Positions 29,639-37,693 of a DNA stretch of 64,000 nt are shown here, piece after piece. This stretch comes from an uncultured Eubacteriales bacterium (lineage in GTDB: Bacteria; Bacillota; Clostridia; Oscillospirales; Acutalibacteraceae). The notes under the pieces are model-generated. The model was not told where the DNA came from. It saw only the letters and a program-made list of their open reading frames with translations, and did not search any database. Position 1 is the stretch's first letter. Each line of letters opens with the position of its first letter. The DNA lies in assembly GCA_900316485.1 (NCBI GenBank), contig ONDB01000055.1:2776-66775 (forward strand). The letters run 5' to 3'. Position numbers and translations under genes: made by a program.

Positions 29639-30163
29639 TTATTGATACATTTCTCTGTATGCTTCCAATTCAATTATTCTGTATTTTTCACCAAACAGGT
29701 CACAAACCACAGGCTGATCATCTGTTATCTCCTTGAATCCGGCAGCTTTATAGCAGTAATATGCACTTGTGTTATTTTCAAAAACGCCAATGGTTACCTT
29801 TTCCGCTCCGGCTGTTGTAAAAGCATAACGCAGTGCAAGGCAGATCAGTTTCTTTCCGATTCCACAGCCTCTTTTCTTATCATCTATAATTACAAAACCG
29901 ATTCTAAGGGTATGTACATCTCCGTTCGTATATCTTAATATGAAATGTCCAACTACTCCTTCATCATCACAAGCAACCATAGGATAAAAATTATCATCTT
30001 CGCTGCAGTCACCGTTGCAGTCAAAATACTTATAATTCATATCATCTTCGCTAATCGGGAAATGATCGTATCTGTCAGATGTCCATAGTCTGAATGTTTT
30101 TTCATCTTTGCACCACGAAATAATCGTTTTTGCATCTGATTTTTTATATGGTCTCAGATACAT
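29639..30163 (-). CDS. GNAT-family N-acetyltransferase embedded in the thi operon
   Basis: RGCGIGKKL acetyl-CoA motif; 174 aa. Its start overlaps the thiE stop by 20 nt. Confidence 0.8.
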   Translation of the reverse strand: MYLRPYKKSDAKTIISWCKDEKTFRLWTSDRYDHFPISEDDMNYKYFDCNGDCSEDDNFYPMVACDDEGVVGHFILRYTNGDVHTLRIGFVIIDDKKRGCGIGKKLICLALRYAFTTAGAEKVTIGVFENNTSAYYCYKAAGFKEITDDQPVVCDLFGEKYRIIELEAYREMYQ

Positions 30164-30791
30164 TCAGAATCCTCCTTATTTTTTTCTTTAATTTATCTGC
30201 AGCTGTTTTAATATCTTCTTCGGCAAAAACAGCAGATACCACAGCAGCACCGGATACACCGCAGTCCTTTATGATATCAATATTATCATAAGTGAGACCT
30301 CCTATAGCAACAACAGGAATGCTTACTTCATAAGTTATTTCTTTCAGGGTATCAACAGTCATGGGCTTTGCATTCTGTTTTGTAAAAGAAGTGAATAATG
30401 CTCCGCAGCCAAGATAATCAGCCCCTTGAAGCTGGGCAATTATAGCCTGTTCCAGTGTTTTTGCAGTAGCTCCAATGATAAAGCTGTCACCCGCAATCCG
30501 GCGTATTTCAGAAACATCCATATCATCTGCTCCGACATGAACACCATCCGCACCGCTCTCAATGGCAGCCTGAACATTATCATTAACAATAAGCGGAACA
30601 TTGTACTTCTGACAAATTGGTTTCAGCTTTTTTGCCCTTACTATCAGTTCATCCGTAGTCAGATTCTTTTCACGAAGCTGCAGTACTGTAACACCGCCCT
30701 TAAGGGCGTTTTCAACTTCACAAAAAAAATCTCTCTCACCTATACAGCCTGGGTCGGTGATAGCATAAAGCAATAACGATTCCTTATTCAT
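30144..30791 (-). CDS. thiE: thiamine-phosphate synthase
   Basis: LYAITD start, LQLREK and VAIGG motifs. Confidence 0.9.
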   Translation of the reverse strand: MNKESLLLYAITDPGCIGERDFFCEVENALKGGVTVLQLREKNLTTDELIVRAKKLKPICQKYNVPLIVNDNVQAAIESGADGVHVGADDMDVSEIRRIAGDSFIIGATAKTLEQAIIAQLQGADYLGCGALFTSFTKQNAKPMTVDTLKEITYEVSIPVVAIGGLTYDNIDIIKDCGVSGAAVVSAVFAEEDIKTAADKLKKKIRRILNVSETI

Positions 30792-31395
30792 TGTTTTGCT
30801 TCACCTCCCTTAATGCAGAAACAAAACCTGACGGGTCATTACTTTTCATAAATCCACTCATGATGCATATCCCATCTGCACCTGCCGATATAACATCAGA
30901 AGCATTTTCTGCAGAAATACCTCCGATAGCGTATACCGGTATACCGACGCTTTTTTTCACTTTGTAAATAAATTCAAGTCCTCTTCCCGGCAATCCTGCC
31001 TTACAGTCGGTTTCGAAAATATGTCCTGCAATAATATATGATGCTCCAAGCCTCTGCGCCTGCAGTGCATCCTCAACGCTATGACATGATGTGCCTATTT
31101 CTTCAAAAAAGCTTTTTTCCTCAGCTGTCATATTCTTAAGAAGATGAATAGGCATATGAATACTCTTTACACCGAGTTCATACGCTGTCCGGTAATATGA
31201 ATGAAGAGTAATTTGAACATTTTTTTCACTGCAAAGAGCAGTAAGTTCTTCAGCGAGTCTTTTGTATTCATATTCGTTTAAATCCTTTTCGCGAAGAATT
31301 ACTCTATCCGGATGAGCTGATACAACAGCTTTTATTCTGTCAATAATCGGCTCGTAACATAACAATCTGTTTGTAATACAAATTATCTCAGACAT
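30784..31395 (-). CDS. ThiE/TenI-family protein (TenI-like thiazole tautomerase candidate)
   Basis: TIM-barrel ThiE-like sequence (ILREKDL, YAIGGIS) with a divergent N-terminus. A second paralog sits directly upstream of thiE. Confidence 0.65.
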   Translation of the reverse strand: MSEIICITNRLLCYEPIIDRIKAVVSAHPDRVILREKDLNEYEYKRLAEELTALCSEKNVQITLHSYYRTAYELGVKSIHMPIHLLKNMTAEEKSFFEEIGTSCHSVEDALQAQRLGASYIIAGHIFETDCKAGLPGRGLEFIYKVKKSVGIPVYAIGGISAENASDVISAGADGICIMSGFMKSNDPSGFVSALREVKQNNE

Positions 31396-32641
31396 AAAGG
31401 TAATCGTTCAGGACGGGTTGTAAGCCTTCTGCTGACATATCCTTATACATTCTTTCAAAGCTTCTGTCATCTGCAATTTCAAATTGCTCGTCACCCTCTG
31501 CCCCGTCCGACTCCTTTCCACTGTATTTGCTTTCGTGGTCGCCAATACCAGTAGAAACACCGGCAGAAATTTTAGTAGCAGCAATTTTTACTATTCCGTT
31601 GCGGAATGATTCGCTTTCCCTAGAAGAAACAGTGATTCCTACAAAAGGCATAAAAATCCTATATGCACATAATACCTGACAAAGCTGGGTTTCATGCACA
31701 TCCAGAGGATTGATTTTGTCATTATTGATTATTGGTCTGAGTCTCGGGCATGAAAGAGACATTTCAGCATGAGGATACTTCCTCTGAAGATAATAAACGT
31801 GCAGGGCACTTGCCAGGGCATCTTTCCTGAAATCAGAAAGACCCAACAATGCAGAAAAACCTGCTCCTCTCATTCCGCCCATGAGTGCTCTCTCCTGTGA
31901 ATCAAAACGGTAAGGCCACACTCTTTTATGGCCCAGAAGATGAAGCGTTTCATACTTATCTGTATCGTAAGTTTCCTGGAATACTGTTACATAATCGGCT
32001 CCGCATTCGTGGAGATATCGGTATTCATCAGTATTTACCGGATAAATCTCAAGACCTACCATTCTGAAGTATTTCCTAGCAAGCTTGCAGGCTTCTCCGA
32101 TATATTCAATACTGCTCTTTGCCCGGCTCTCACCAGTAAGCAAAAGAATTTCCTCCATACCTGAATCAGCAATGACTTTCATTTCCTTGTCAATCTGTTC
32201 AGCATTCAGTTTCATTCTTCTTATATCATTATAGCAGTTAAAGCCACAGTATACACAGTAGTTCTCACAATAGTTAGCAATATACAGCGGAGTAAAAAGG
32301 TAAACTGTATTTCCGAAATGCTTGCTTGTTTCTGCCTTTGCTTTCTGAGCCATTCGTTCAAGATAAGGTTCAGCAGCAGGCGAAAGCAAAGCTTTGAAAT
32401 CCTCAATACTGCAAGTTTCATGCTCAAGTGCAGCAATTACATCACGGGCAGTGTATTTACTGTAATCATATTCTTTCACCTGTGACATAACCTTCTCACA
32501 GATATCTGAATTGATTATTTCCATACCCTCCATATATTTCATATGATCTGTCCTTGATGAAGGATCATTTTCGAGTCTGTGTTTTTTTTCGAGAGCGGCC
32601 GGAGATAGCTTCTGACTGTCAATAAAAAAACTGTTTTCCAT
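31388..32641 (-). CDS. thiH: 2-iminoacetate synthase (radical SAM tyrosine lyase)
   Basis: CENYCVYCGF radical-SAM cluster motif; position next to thiG. Confidence 0.9.
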   Translation of the reverse strand: MENSFFIDSQKLSPAALEKKHRLENDPSSRTDHMKYMEGMEIINSDICEKVMSQVKEYDYSKYTARDVIAALEHETCSIEDFKALLSPAAEPYLERMAQKAKAETSKHFGNTVYLFTPLYIANYCENYCVYCGFNCYNDIRRMKLNAEQIDKEMKVIADSGMEEILLLTGESRAKSSIEYIGEACKLARKYFRMVGLEIYPVNTDEYRYLHECGADYVTVFQETYDTDKYETLHLLGHKRVWPYRFDSQERALMGGMRGAGFSALLGLSDFRKDALASALHVYYLQRKYPHAEMSLSCPRLRPIINNDKINPLDVHETQLCQVLCAYRIFMPFVGITVSSRESESFRNGIVKIAATKISAGVSTGIGDHESKYSGKESDGAEGDEQFEIADDRSFERMYKDMSAEGLQPVLNDYLYV

Positions 32642-32652
32642 TAAGCTTCACC

Positions 32653-33426
32653 TCAGTTTCTGAGAAAGCCTGTAAGCGGATCTGACGCAGATGCACCCCT
32701 TGTCAGAACACGTCCGGGCTTAGCAAGATATGCCTCTCTGCCTGCCTTGATGGCATTATTGAAGGCAGATGCCATCAGCGGAAGATCTCCGGCAGTTGCA
32801 AGAGCAGTATTTGCCATTATCGCAGCCGCACCCATCTCCATTGCCTCGCAGGCTTGTGAGGGTCTGCCTATTCCTGCATCGACAATTACAGGAAGATCTA
32901 TTTCGTCTATAAGAATCTGAATGAATTCTTTGGTTGCAAGTCCTTTATTAGAACCAATGGGCGAAGCAAGCGGCATTACAGCTGCAGCGCCGGCATTTAC
33001 AAGATCCCTTGCACTATACAGATCAGGATACATATACGGGAGAACAATAAAACCTTCTTTTGACAGAATCTCTGTTGCTTTTATTGTTTCGTTATTATCA
33101 GGAAGAAGATATTTTGAATCTCTCATTATTTCTACTTTCACAAAATCTCCGCAGCCAAGTTCTCTTGCAAGTCTTGCAATACGTACTGCTTCCTCTGCAT
33201 TTCTTGCACCTGATGTATTGGGCAGCAAGGTTACATTATCGGGTATATAATCCAGGATGTTTTCATGCTCCTTAGTATTTGCCCTTCTTACTGCAAGAGT
33301 AATTATCTGAGCTCCGGCGTAGTTTATCGCTGCTTCTATAAGAGAAAGTGAGTACTTTCCCGATCCTAAAATAAATCTTGAGGAAAAAGTTTTTCCTCCA
33401 AGAACCAGTTTATCATCGTTATTCAT
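32653..33426 (-). CDS. thiG: thiazole synthase
   Basis: Typical ThiG sequence ([12 protein letters not shown]..., [15 protein letters not shown]). Confidence 0.95.
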   Translation of the reverse strand: MNNDDKLVLGGKTFSSRFILGSGKYSLSLIEAAINYAGAQIITLAVRRANTKEHENILDYIPDNVTLLPNTSGARNAEEAVRIARLARELGCGDFVKVEIMRDSKYLLPDNNETIKATEILSKEGFIVLPYMYPDLYSARDLVNAGAAAVMPLASPIGSNKGLATKEFIQILIDEIDLPVIVDAGIGRPSQACEAMEMGAAAIMANTALATAGDLPLMASAFNNAIKAGREAYLAKPGRVLTRGASASDPLTGFLRN

Positions 33427-33733
33427 TTAGATCACTCTTTCCATTATTATTCATGCAATTAATAAGCCACTTTCTGTAACCGCCTTCAAGGTCAGCCACC
33501 TTATAGCCGTTATCGTCCAACAGCTGAGCAATTTCTGCGCTGAAATCACCTGACTGACACAGCAGTACGATTCTTTTATCCTTCGGCAATGAATACAACT
33601 TCACTATATCATCAGCAGGAATATTGACAGCACCTTCTATTGATCCAAAGGAAAACAATCGGCTTTCACGCAAATCAATAAGAATATCATTCTTTGTCAT
33701 GGTATACTTATCAGCGGATATTTTTTCTATCAT
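33419..33733 (-). CDS. single-domain rhodanese sulfurtransferase
   Basis: 104 aa with active-site loop CQSGDFS. Overlaps thiF by 4 nt and thiG by 8 nt. Confidence 0.8.
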   Translation of the reverse strand: MIEKISADKYTMTKNDILIDLRESRLFSFGSIEGAVNIPADDIVKLYSLPKDKRIVLLCQSGDFSAEIAQLLDDNGYKVADLEGGYRKWLINCMNNNGKSDLNE

Positions 33734-34554
33734 TTTTCATCACCGCCGATCATACATGATTGGACCTGATAATCTGTGATATTATCAGAAAGCGATTTGA
33801 TTGATGGAGTTCTACCACATACTGCACAAGCAGGATCAGAATTAGGAATATTATGTACTCTGACATTCATCGACAAACCATCAAAAGAAAAGATTTTTCC
33901 GCTAAGCAATTGACCTTTTCCGATCAGATATTTAATTGCTTCCAATGCCTGTACACTTCCTAGCACACCTACAGCTGCACCCACCACGCCTGCTTCCCTG
34001 CAAGTAACAGCATCATGAGGAACCTCTTCCATCAGACAGCGAAGACAAGGTCCTTGTCCTGGAACATATGTCATTGCCTGCCCCTCAAAACGTACAACAC
34101 CAGCATGAGAATATGGCTTTTGTGCAATAACGCAGGCATCGTTGATAAGAAATTTTACTTCAAAACGATCTGTACAGTCAAGAATAAAATCATATTCTGA
34201 AATGATATCCATAATATTATCAGGATTCAACAAATACTCATGTAAAATTATTTTTACATCAGGATTAATTGATTTTGCGGTTATTTCCGCCGACTTTGTT
34301 TTTTTCAAGCCGATATTTTTAGTCTGGTGGATTATCTGTCTTTGCAAATTTGACAGATCAACATCGTCGAAATCAGCAATACCAATCGTACCAACTCCGG
34401 CAGCAGCAAGATACATTATTGCCGGAGAGCCTAATCCTCCTGCACCAATGACAAGAACCTTTGAAGAAAGAAGTTTTTTCTGACCTTGAAAGCCTATCTC
34501 TTTCAAAGAAAAGTGCCGGACATATCTTTTTGTCTGACTTTCATCAAAAAACAT
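33730..34554 (-). CDS. thiF: ThiF/MoeB-type sulfur-carrier adenylyltransferase
   Basis: GAGGLGS nucleotide motif and CLRC...CAVC zinc motifs. Start at MFFDESQTKRY (ATG 34552-34554, GGAGG SD inside the thiS end). Confidence 0.85.
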   Translation of the reverse strand: MFFDESQTKRYVRHFSLKEIGFQGQKKLLSSKVLVIGAGGLGSPAIMYLAAAGVGTIGIADFDDVDLSNLQRQIIHQTKNIGLKKTKSAEITAKSINPDVKIILHEYLLNPDNIMDIISEYDFILDCTDRFEVKFLINDACVIAQKPYSHAGVVRFEGQAMTYVPGQGPCLRCLMEEVPHDAVTCREAGVVGAAVGVLGSVQALEAIKYLIGKGQLLSGKIFSFDGLSMNVRVHNIPNSDPACAVCGRTPSIKSLSDNITDYQVQSCMIGGDEK

Positions 34555-34555
34555 T

Positions 34556-34750
34556 TCAGCCGCCTCCCACAAAGCCGACTATCTCCACAATGTCTCCGTC
34601 TTTCAGTACAGTTGATGCATATTGAGATTTAGGAACTATTTCACCGTTAATCTCAACAGCAATTCTTGTACGGCTATAATTTGTGCTGTTGAGATAATCT
34701 TCCACAGATAATTCATTTATGTCAAGATCTGTACCGTTTATTTTGACCAT
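34556..34750 (-). CDS. thiS: sulfur carrier protein ThiS
   Basis: 64 aa ubiquitin-like protein with a C-terminal GG. Confidence 0.9.
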   Translation of the reverse strand: MVKINGTDLDINELSVEDYLNSTNYSRTRIAVEINGEIVPKSQYASTVLKDGDIVEIVGFVGGG

Positions 34751-34767
34751 AATATCCCCCTTTTGTA

Positions 34768-34900
34768 ATAAAAAATGAGAAGTTCCTGATTCGGAAACTT
34801 CTCAGTTCAGTCAACTTTATTCCCTACGTTGGCATTATCCAAATCAGGTTACGGGTCGAAGGTCACACCTTCCTCTCAGCCTGTCAACAAGCTCCCCACA
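34768..34900 (-). promoter_or_regulatory. TPP riboswitch (THI element) with a terminator expression platform
   Basis: Minus strand reads ggggagc...ctgagagg...acccgtaacctgatttggataatgccaacgtagggaa (aptamer 34820-34897). It is followed by the hairpin gagaagtttcc/ggaacttctc plus a U-run (34768-34803), just upstream of thiS. Confidence 0.9.
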
Positions 34901-34911
34901 AGTACTTTTAC

Positions 34912-34940
34912 ATTTTACCATACATTCCCCCAAGTGTCAA
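34912..34940 (-). promoter_or_regulatory. sigma-A-type promoter of the thi operon
   Basis: Minus strand TTGACA (34935-34940), a 17-nt spacer ending in TGG, then TAAAAT (34912-34917). It is correctly placed a few nt upstream of the riboswitch. Confidence 0.6.
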
Positions 34941-35060
34941 CCCAAATTAACGCGCCAGCGTGACGCTGGACCCTAAACACGATGGTGTCGCTTCACTTAA
35001 ATTACGCTCTTAATACACATGACTATCTGACTGGTCGCGGTGATGATGTAATTGCTTGGT
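34935..35060. repeat. GC-rich non-coding repeat element, copy A
   Basis: Aligns along its length with 58940-59060 in the same orientation. Shared blocks include tcgcttcact, ttacgctcttaata, gact.tctg.ctg and cgcggtg. Stop codons occur in the frames I read. Confidence 0.7.
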
Positions 35061-35182
35061 TACCGTATTTTAGTTGATTCTGGTTTTAATAATTCCAGAT
35101 TGATTATACTAATGTTTAACTTATACCGTTTAATTTGTCAGGATGAATTAAAATGCAGTATTTGTCGGAACACAGAATGGAA

Positions 35183-35229
35183 TAAAGAAAACCATGAAAG
35201 AGACCATATCTCATGTTCTTTCATGGTTA
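35183..35229 (-). terminator. intrinsic terminator after the CBM-like lipoprotein gene
   Basis: 12-bp stem aaccatgaaaga / tctttcatggtt followed by a T-run on the minus strand. Confidence 0.8.
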
Positions 35230-35244
35230 TGTATATATTATTTA

Positions 35245-35904
35245 TCAGCCTGTGTAATCTGACCATCCGCCGCCCGGATATCTGTACTTTGTTTTCTCTA
35301 CGCCTCTACCCTTCTTTGGTTCCTGAGACAAATCTATTTTGTAGACTTGTCCGGCATTGGCAGCTTCATCAAATTTCAAATCATCTGTCTGATAAGCTTC
35401 TGTACCGGCTCTTACATCTTCATCCGATACACCTGTGTTAAAAATAATGCTTGTAGCACCAACAGGCATTACTGCACGATATATACTACTGTCTCCGATC
35501 TGCTCCATTTCCACACCAGGCCATGAAGATCCAAGATCCTGTTTGCCGTCTTCTGTGTTTGCGGGATAAGGCTCACCGGTAAGTTTATTGGTGATCAGAG
35601 CGTAATCATCATTCCACCAGTATACACACACCTTTTCCCATTTTGTCTCAGTGTTGTCAAAATAAACATAATCCTTGACGTTCTCGGAAGCTGAAGCTTC
35701 ACCTGATTCACTTTCAGTTGCAGATGAAACACTTTCTGCAGCGCTCTCTGCGGTACTCTCTGTTGTACTTTCTGCGGTATCCTGAGCTGAAGAACCGGCA
35801 GCAGTTGATGAACCAGAGTCAGTGGAAGAACCTCCGCATCCTGCAAATGCAAAGAGCATTGCAGAAGCAAAAATTACCGCACCAAGTTTTGTGATCTTTT
35901 TCAT
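35245..35904 (-). CDS. lipoprotein with a CBM26-like (starch-binding-type) domain
   Basis: Lipobox FAGC and a Ser/Thr/Ala/Glu low-complexity linker. The domain pattern YVYFDN...W.KV..YWW...WPGVEM...IY...P....IIFN.G...QT.DL is as I remember it from CBM25/26 modules. Confidence 0.55.
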   Translation of the reverse strand: MKKITKLGAVIFASAMLFAFAGCGGSSTDSGSSTAAGSSAQDTAESTTESTAESAAESVSSATESESGEASASENVKDYVYFDNTETKWEKVCVYWWNDDYALITNKLTGEPYPANTEDGKQDLGSSWPGVEMEQIGDSSIYRAVMPVGATSIIFNTGVSDEDVRAGTEAYQTDDLKFDEAANAGQVYKIDLSQEPKKGRGVEKTKYRYPGGGWSDYTG

Positions 35905-36105
35905 GTTTGTGACCTCCTCAGAATAAAAATTTTAATATATTATAACATTATGTAAAAATAATTTCAACAGTGTATAATAAAATTCTTAGATATGAATTTG
36001 TAGTATAAACAAAACTATTATACTTCAGATGAACGAGAGTTAGTATTGCATAGTTTTGCTTTTTATGTTAGAATAAGAACATAAAAATTAAACGGATGTG
36101 ATAAC

Positions 36106-36723
36106 ATGATAGCTGTAATTGATTATGGAGCCGGTAACTTACAGAGTGTTGTTAAAGCTCTGCATTATATCAACTGTGAATGCATTGTTACAAATAAAAA
36201 AGAAGAAATACTCGGCTGTGATGCAGCTCTGCTTCCAGGTGTAGGTTCATTCGGTGATTCTATGGACTCTATGAACAAAACCGGGGCTGCTGATGCTGTA
36301 TGTGAATTCATAAAGACAGGCAAACCCTTTCTTGGCATCTGTCTGGGACTTCAGCTTTTATTTGACGGAAGTGAGGAAAGTCCTGATGCAAAGGGACTTG
36401 GTCTTCTGAAAGGAAGTATTACCAGGATTCCGAACCATGAGGAGACTCTGAAAATACCTCATATGGGTTGGAATTCTCTTGATATAAGAAAAAAAGACGG
36501 TCTTTTTAAAGGAATAGATGGAAATCCATACGTTTATTTTGTTCATTCCTATTTTCTCAGGGCTGATGATCAGGGTATTGTTTCTTCACAGACAAATTAT
36601 GGAACAATTATCGATGCATCTGTTCAGTATGAGAATATCTTTGCAACCCAGTTCCATCCCGAAAAAAGTGGTACTGTAGGCCTTAAGATACTTAATAACT
36701 TTGCTGAAATGACTAAGAGGTGA
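36106..36723 (+). CDS. hisH: imidazole glycerol phosphate synthase, glutaminase subunit
   Basis: MIAVIDYGAGNL start, GICLGLQ catalytic Cys, and FHPEKS. Confidence 0.95.
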   Translation: MIAVIDYGAGNLQSVVKALHYINCECIVTNKKEEILGCDAALLPGVGSFGDSMDSMNKTGAADAVCEFIKTGKPFLGICLGLQLLFDGSEESPDAKGLGLLKGSITRIPNHEETLKIPHMGWNSLDIRKKDGLFKGIDGNPYVYFVHSYFLRADDQGIVSSQTNYGTIIDASVQYENIFATQFHPEKSGTVGLKILNNFAEMTKR

Positions 36724-36728
36724 TATAG

Positions 36729-37490
36729 ATGTATGCCAAAAGAATTATTCCTTGTCTGGACGTTAAAGACGGCAGGGTTGTAAAAGGAACGAGCTTTGTT
36801 AATCTTCGTGATGCAGGTGATCCTGTTGAATGTGCCAGGCTGTACGATAAAGAGAGCGCAGATGAGCTTGTTCTCTTGGATATTACTGCTTCAAGTGATG
36901 CCAGAAATATTATTGTAGATATAGTTCGTCAGGTTGCTGACTGTGTATTTATTCCATTCACAGTGGGCGGAGGAATCAGGACGGTTGATGATTTTACAGC
37001 AATTCTCAGGGCTGGTGCTGACAAAGTATCTGTTAATTCTGCTGCTATTCATCGCCCTGATATTATTAACGAGGCAGCTTTCAAATTCGGAAGTCAGTGT
37101 GTTGTAACTGCCATTGATGCAAAAAGACGAGATGACAATTCCGGATGGGATGTATATATTAACGGTGGAAGAATCAATACCGGTATTGATGCTGTAAAAT
37201 GGGCAATCGAAGCAAATAAAAGAGGTGCCGGAGAGATTCTTCTTACGAGCATGGACTGCGACGGCGTTAAAAACGGTTACGATATAGAACTTACAAGAGC
37301 GGTATCTGAAAATGTAAGCATTCCTGTTATCGCATCCGGCGGTGCAGGAAATATGCAGCATTTCTATGATGCTTTTACAGAGGGCAAAGCTGACGCTGTG
37401 CTTGCCGCTTCACTTTTCCATTTCGGAGAAATTTCTATTGGTGATCTGAAGGATTATCTGTCAGAAAAGGGAATATGCGTGCGAAAGTGA
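36729..37490 (+). CDS. hisF: imidazole glycerol phosphate synthase, cyclase subunit
   Basis: [17 protein letters not shown] start and typical HisF sequence throughout. Confidence 0.95.
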   Translation: MYAKRIIPCLDVKDGRVVKGTSFVNLRDAGDPVECARLYDKESADELVLLDITASSDARNIIVDIVRQVADCVFIPFTVGGGIRTVDDFTAILRAGADKVSVNSAAIHRPDIINEAAFKFGSQCVVTAIDAKRRDDNSGWDVYINGGRINTGIDAVKWAIEANKRGAGEILLTSMDCDGVKNGYDIELTRAVSENVSIPVIASGGAGNMQHFYDAFTEGKADAVLAASLFHFGEISIGDLKDYLSEKGICVRK

Positions 37491-37547
37491 TTAATACATA
37501 ATTAGAGAATGTATCATAAAAAACTGCATTCTAACTGATATTAAAGA

Positions 37548-37592
37548 ACAAAAGCCGATGAATTATCAGGTTCATCGGCTTTTGGCTTTTAT
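37548..37592. terminator. bidirectional intrinsic terminator
   Basis: Stem aaagccgatgaa / ttcatcggcttt with flanking A- and T-runs, between convergent hisF and the CAP-domain gene. Confidence 0.85.
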
Positions 37593-37693
37593 TATTTTTC
37601 AGTCAGAATATAATTTGTTTCGCTTTCTGCTTTTCTTTCCTTTTAAATGGAAGGAGAAACTTTTAATATGACAATCTCATTTTTAACTGACTA

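Noticed and set aside
34935-35060. Repeat element as a tRNA/tmRNA fragment, integron attC, dif site or group II intron domain
   Set aside because: No T-loop (GTTCRANYC) or acceptor features were found. The ends do not fit RYYYAAC...GTTRRRY, there is no dif-like 28-mer, and no domain V-like hairpin.
35052-35441. 129-aa plus-strand ORF covering repeat copy A's flank, a terminator and the 3' end of the lipoprotein gene
   Set aside because: TTG start and no SD. It crosses the 12-bp terminator stem and overlaps the real minus-strand gene, and its product is low-complexity.
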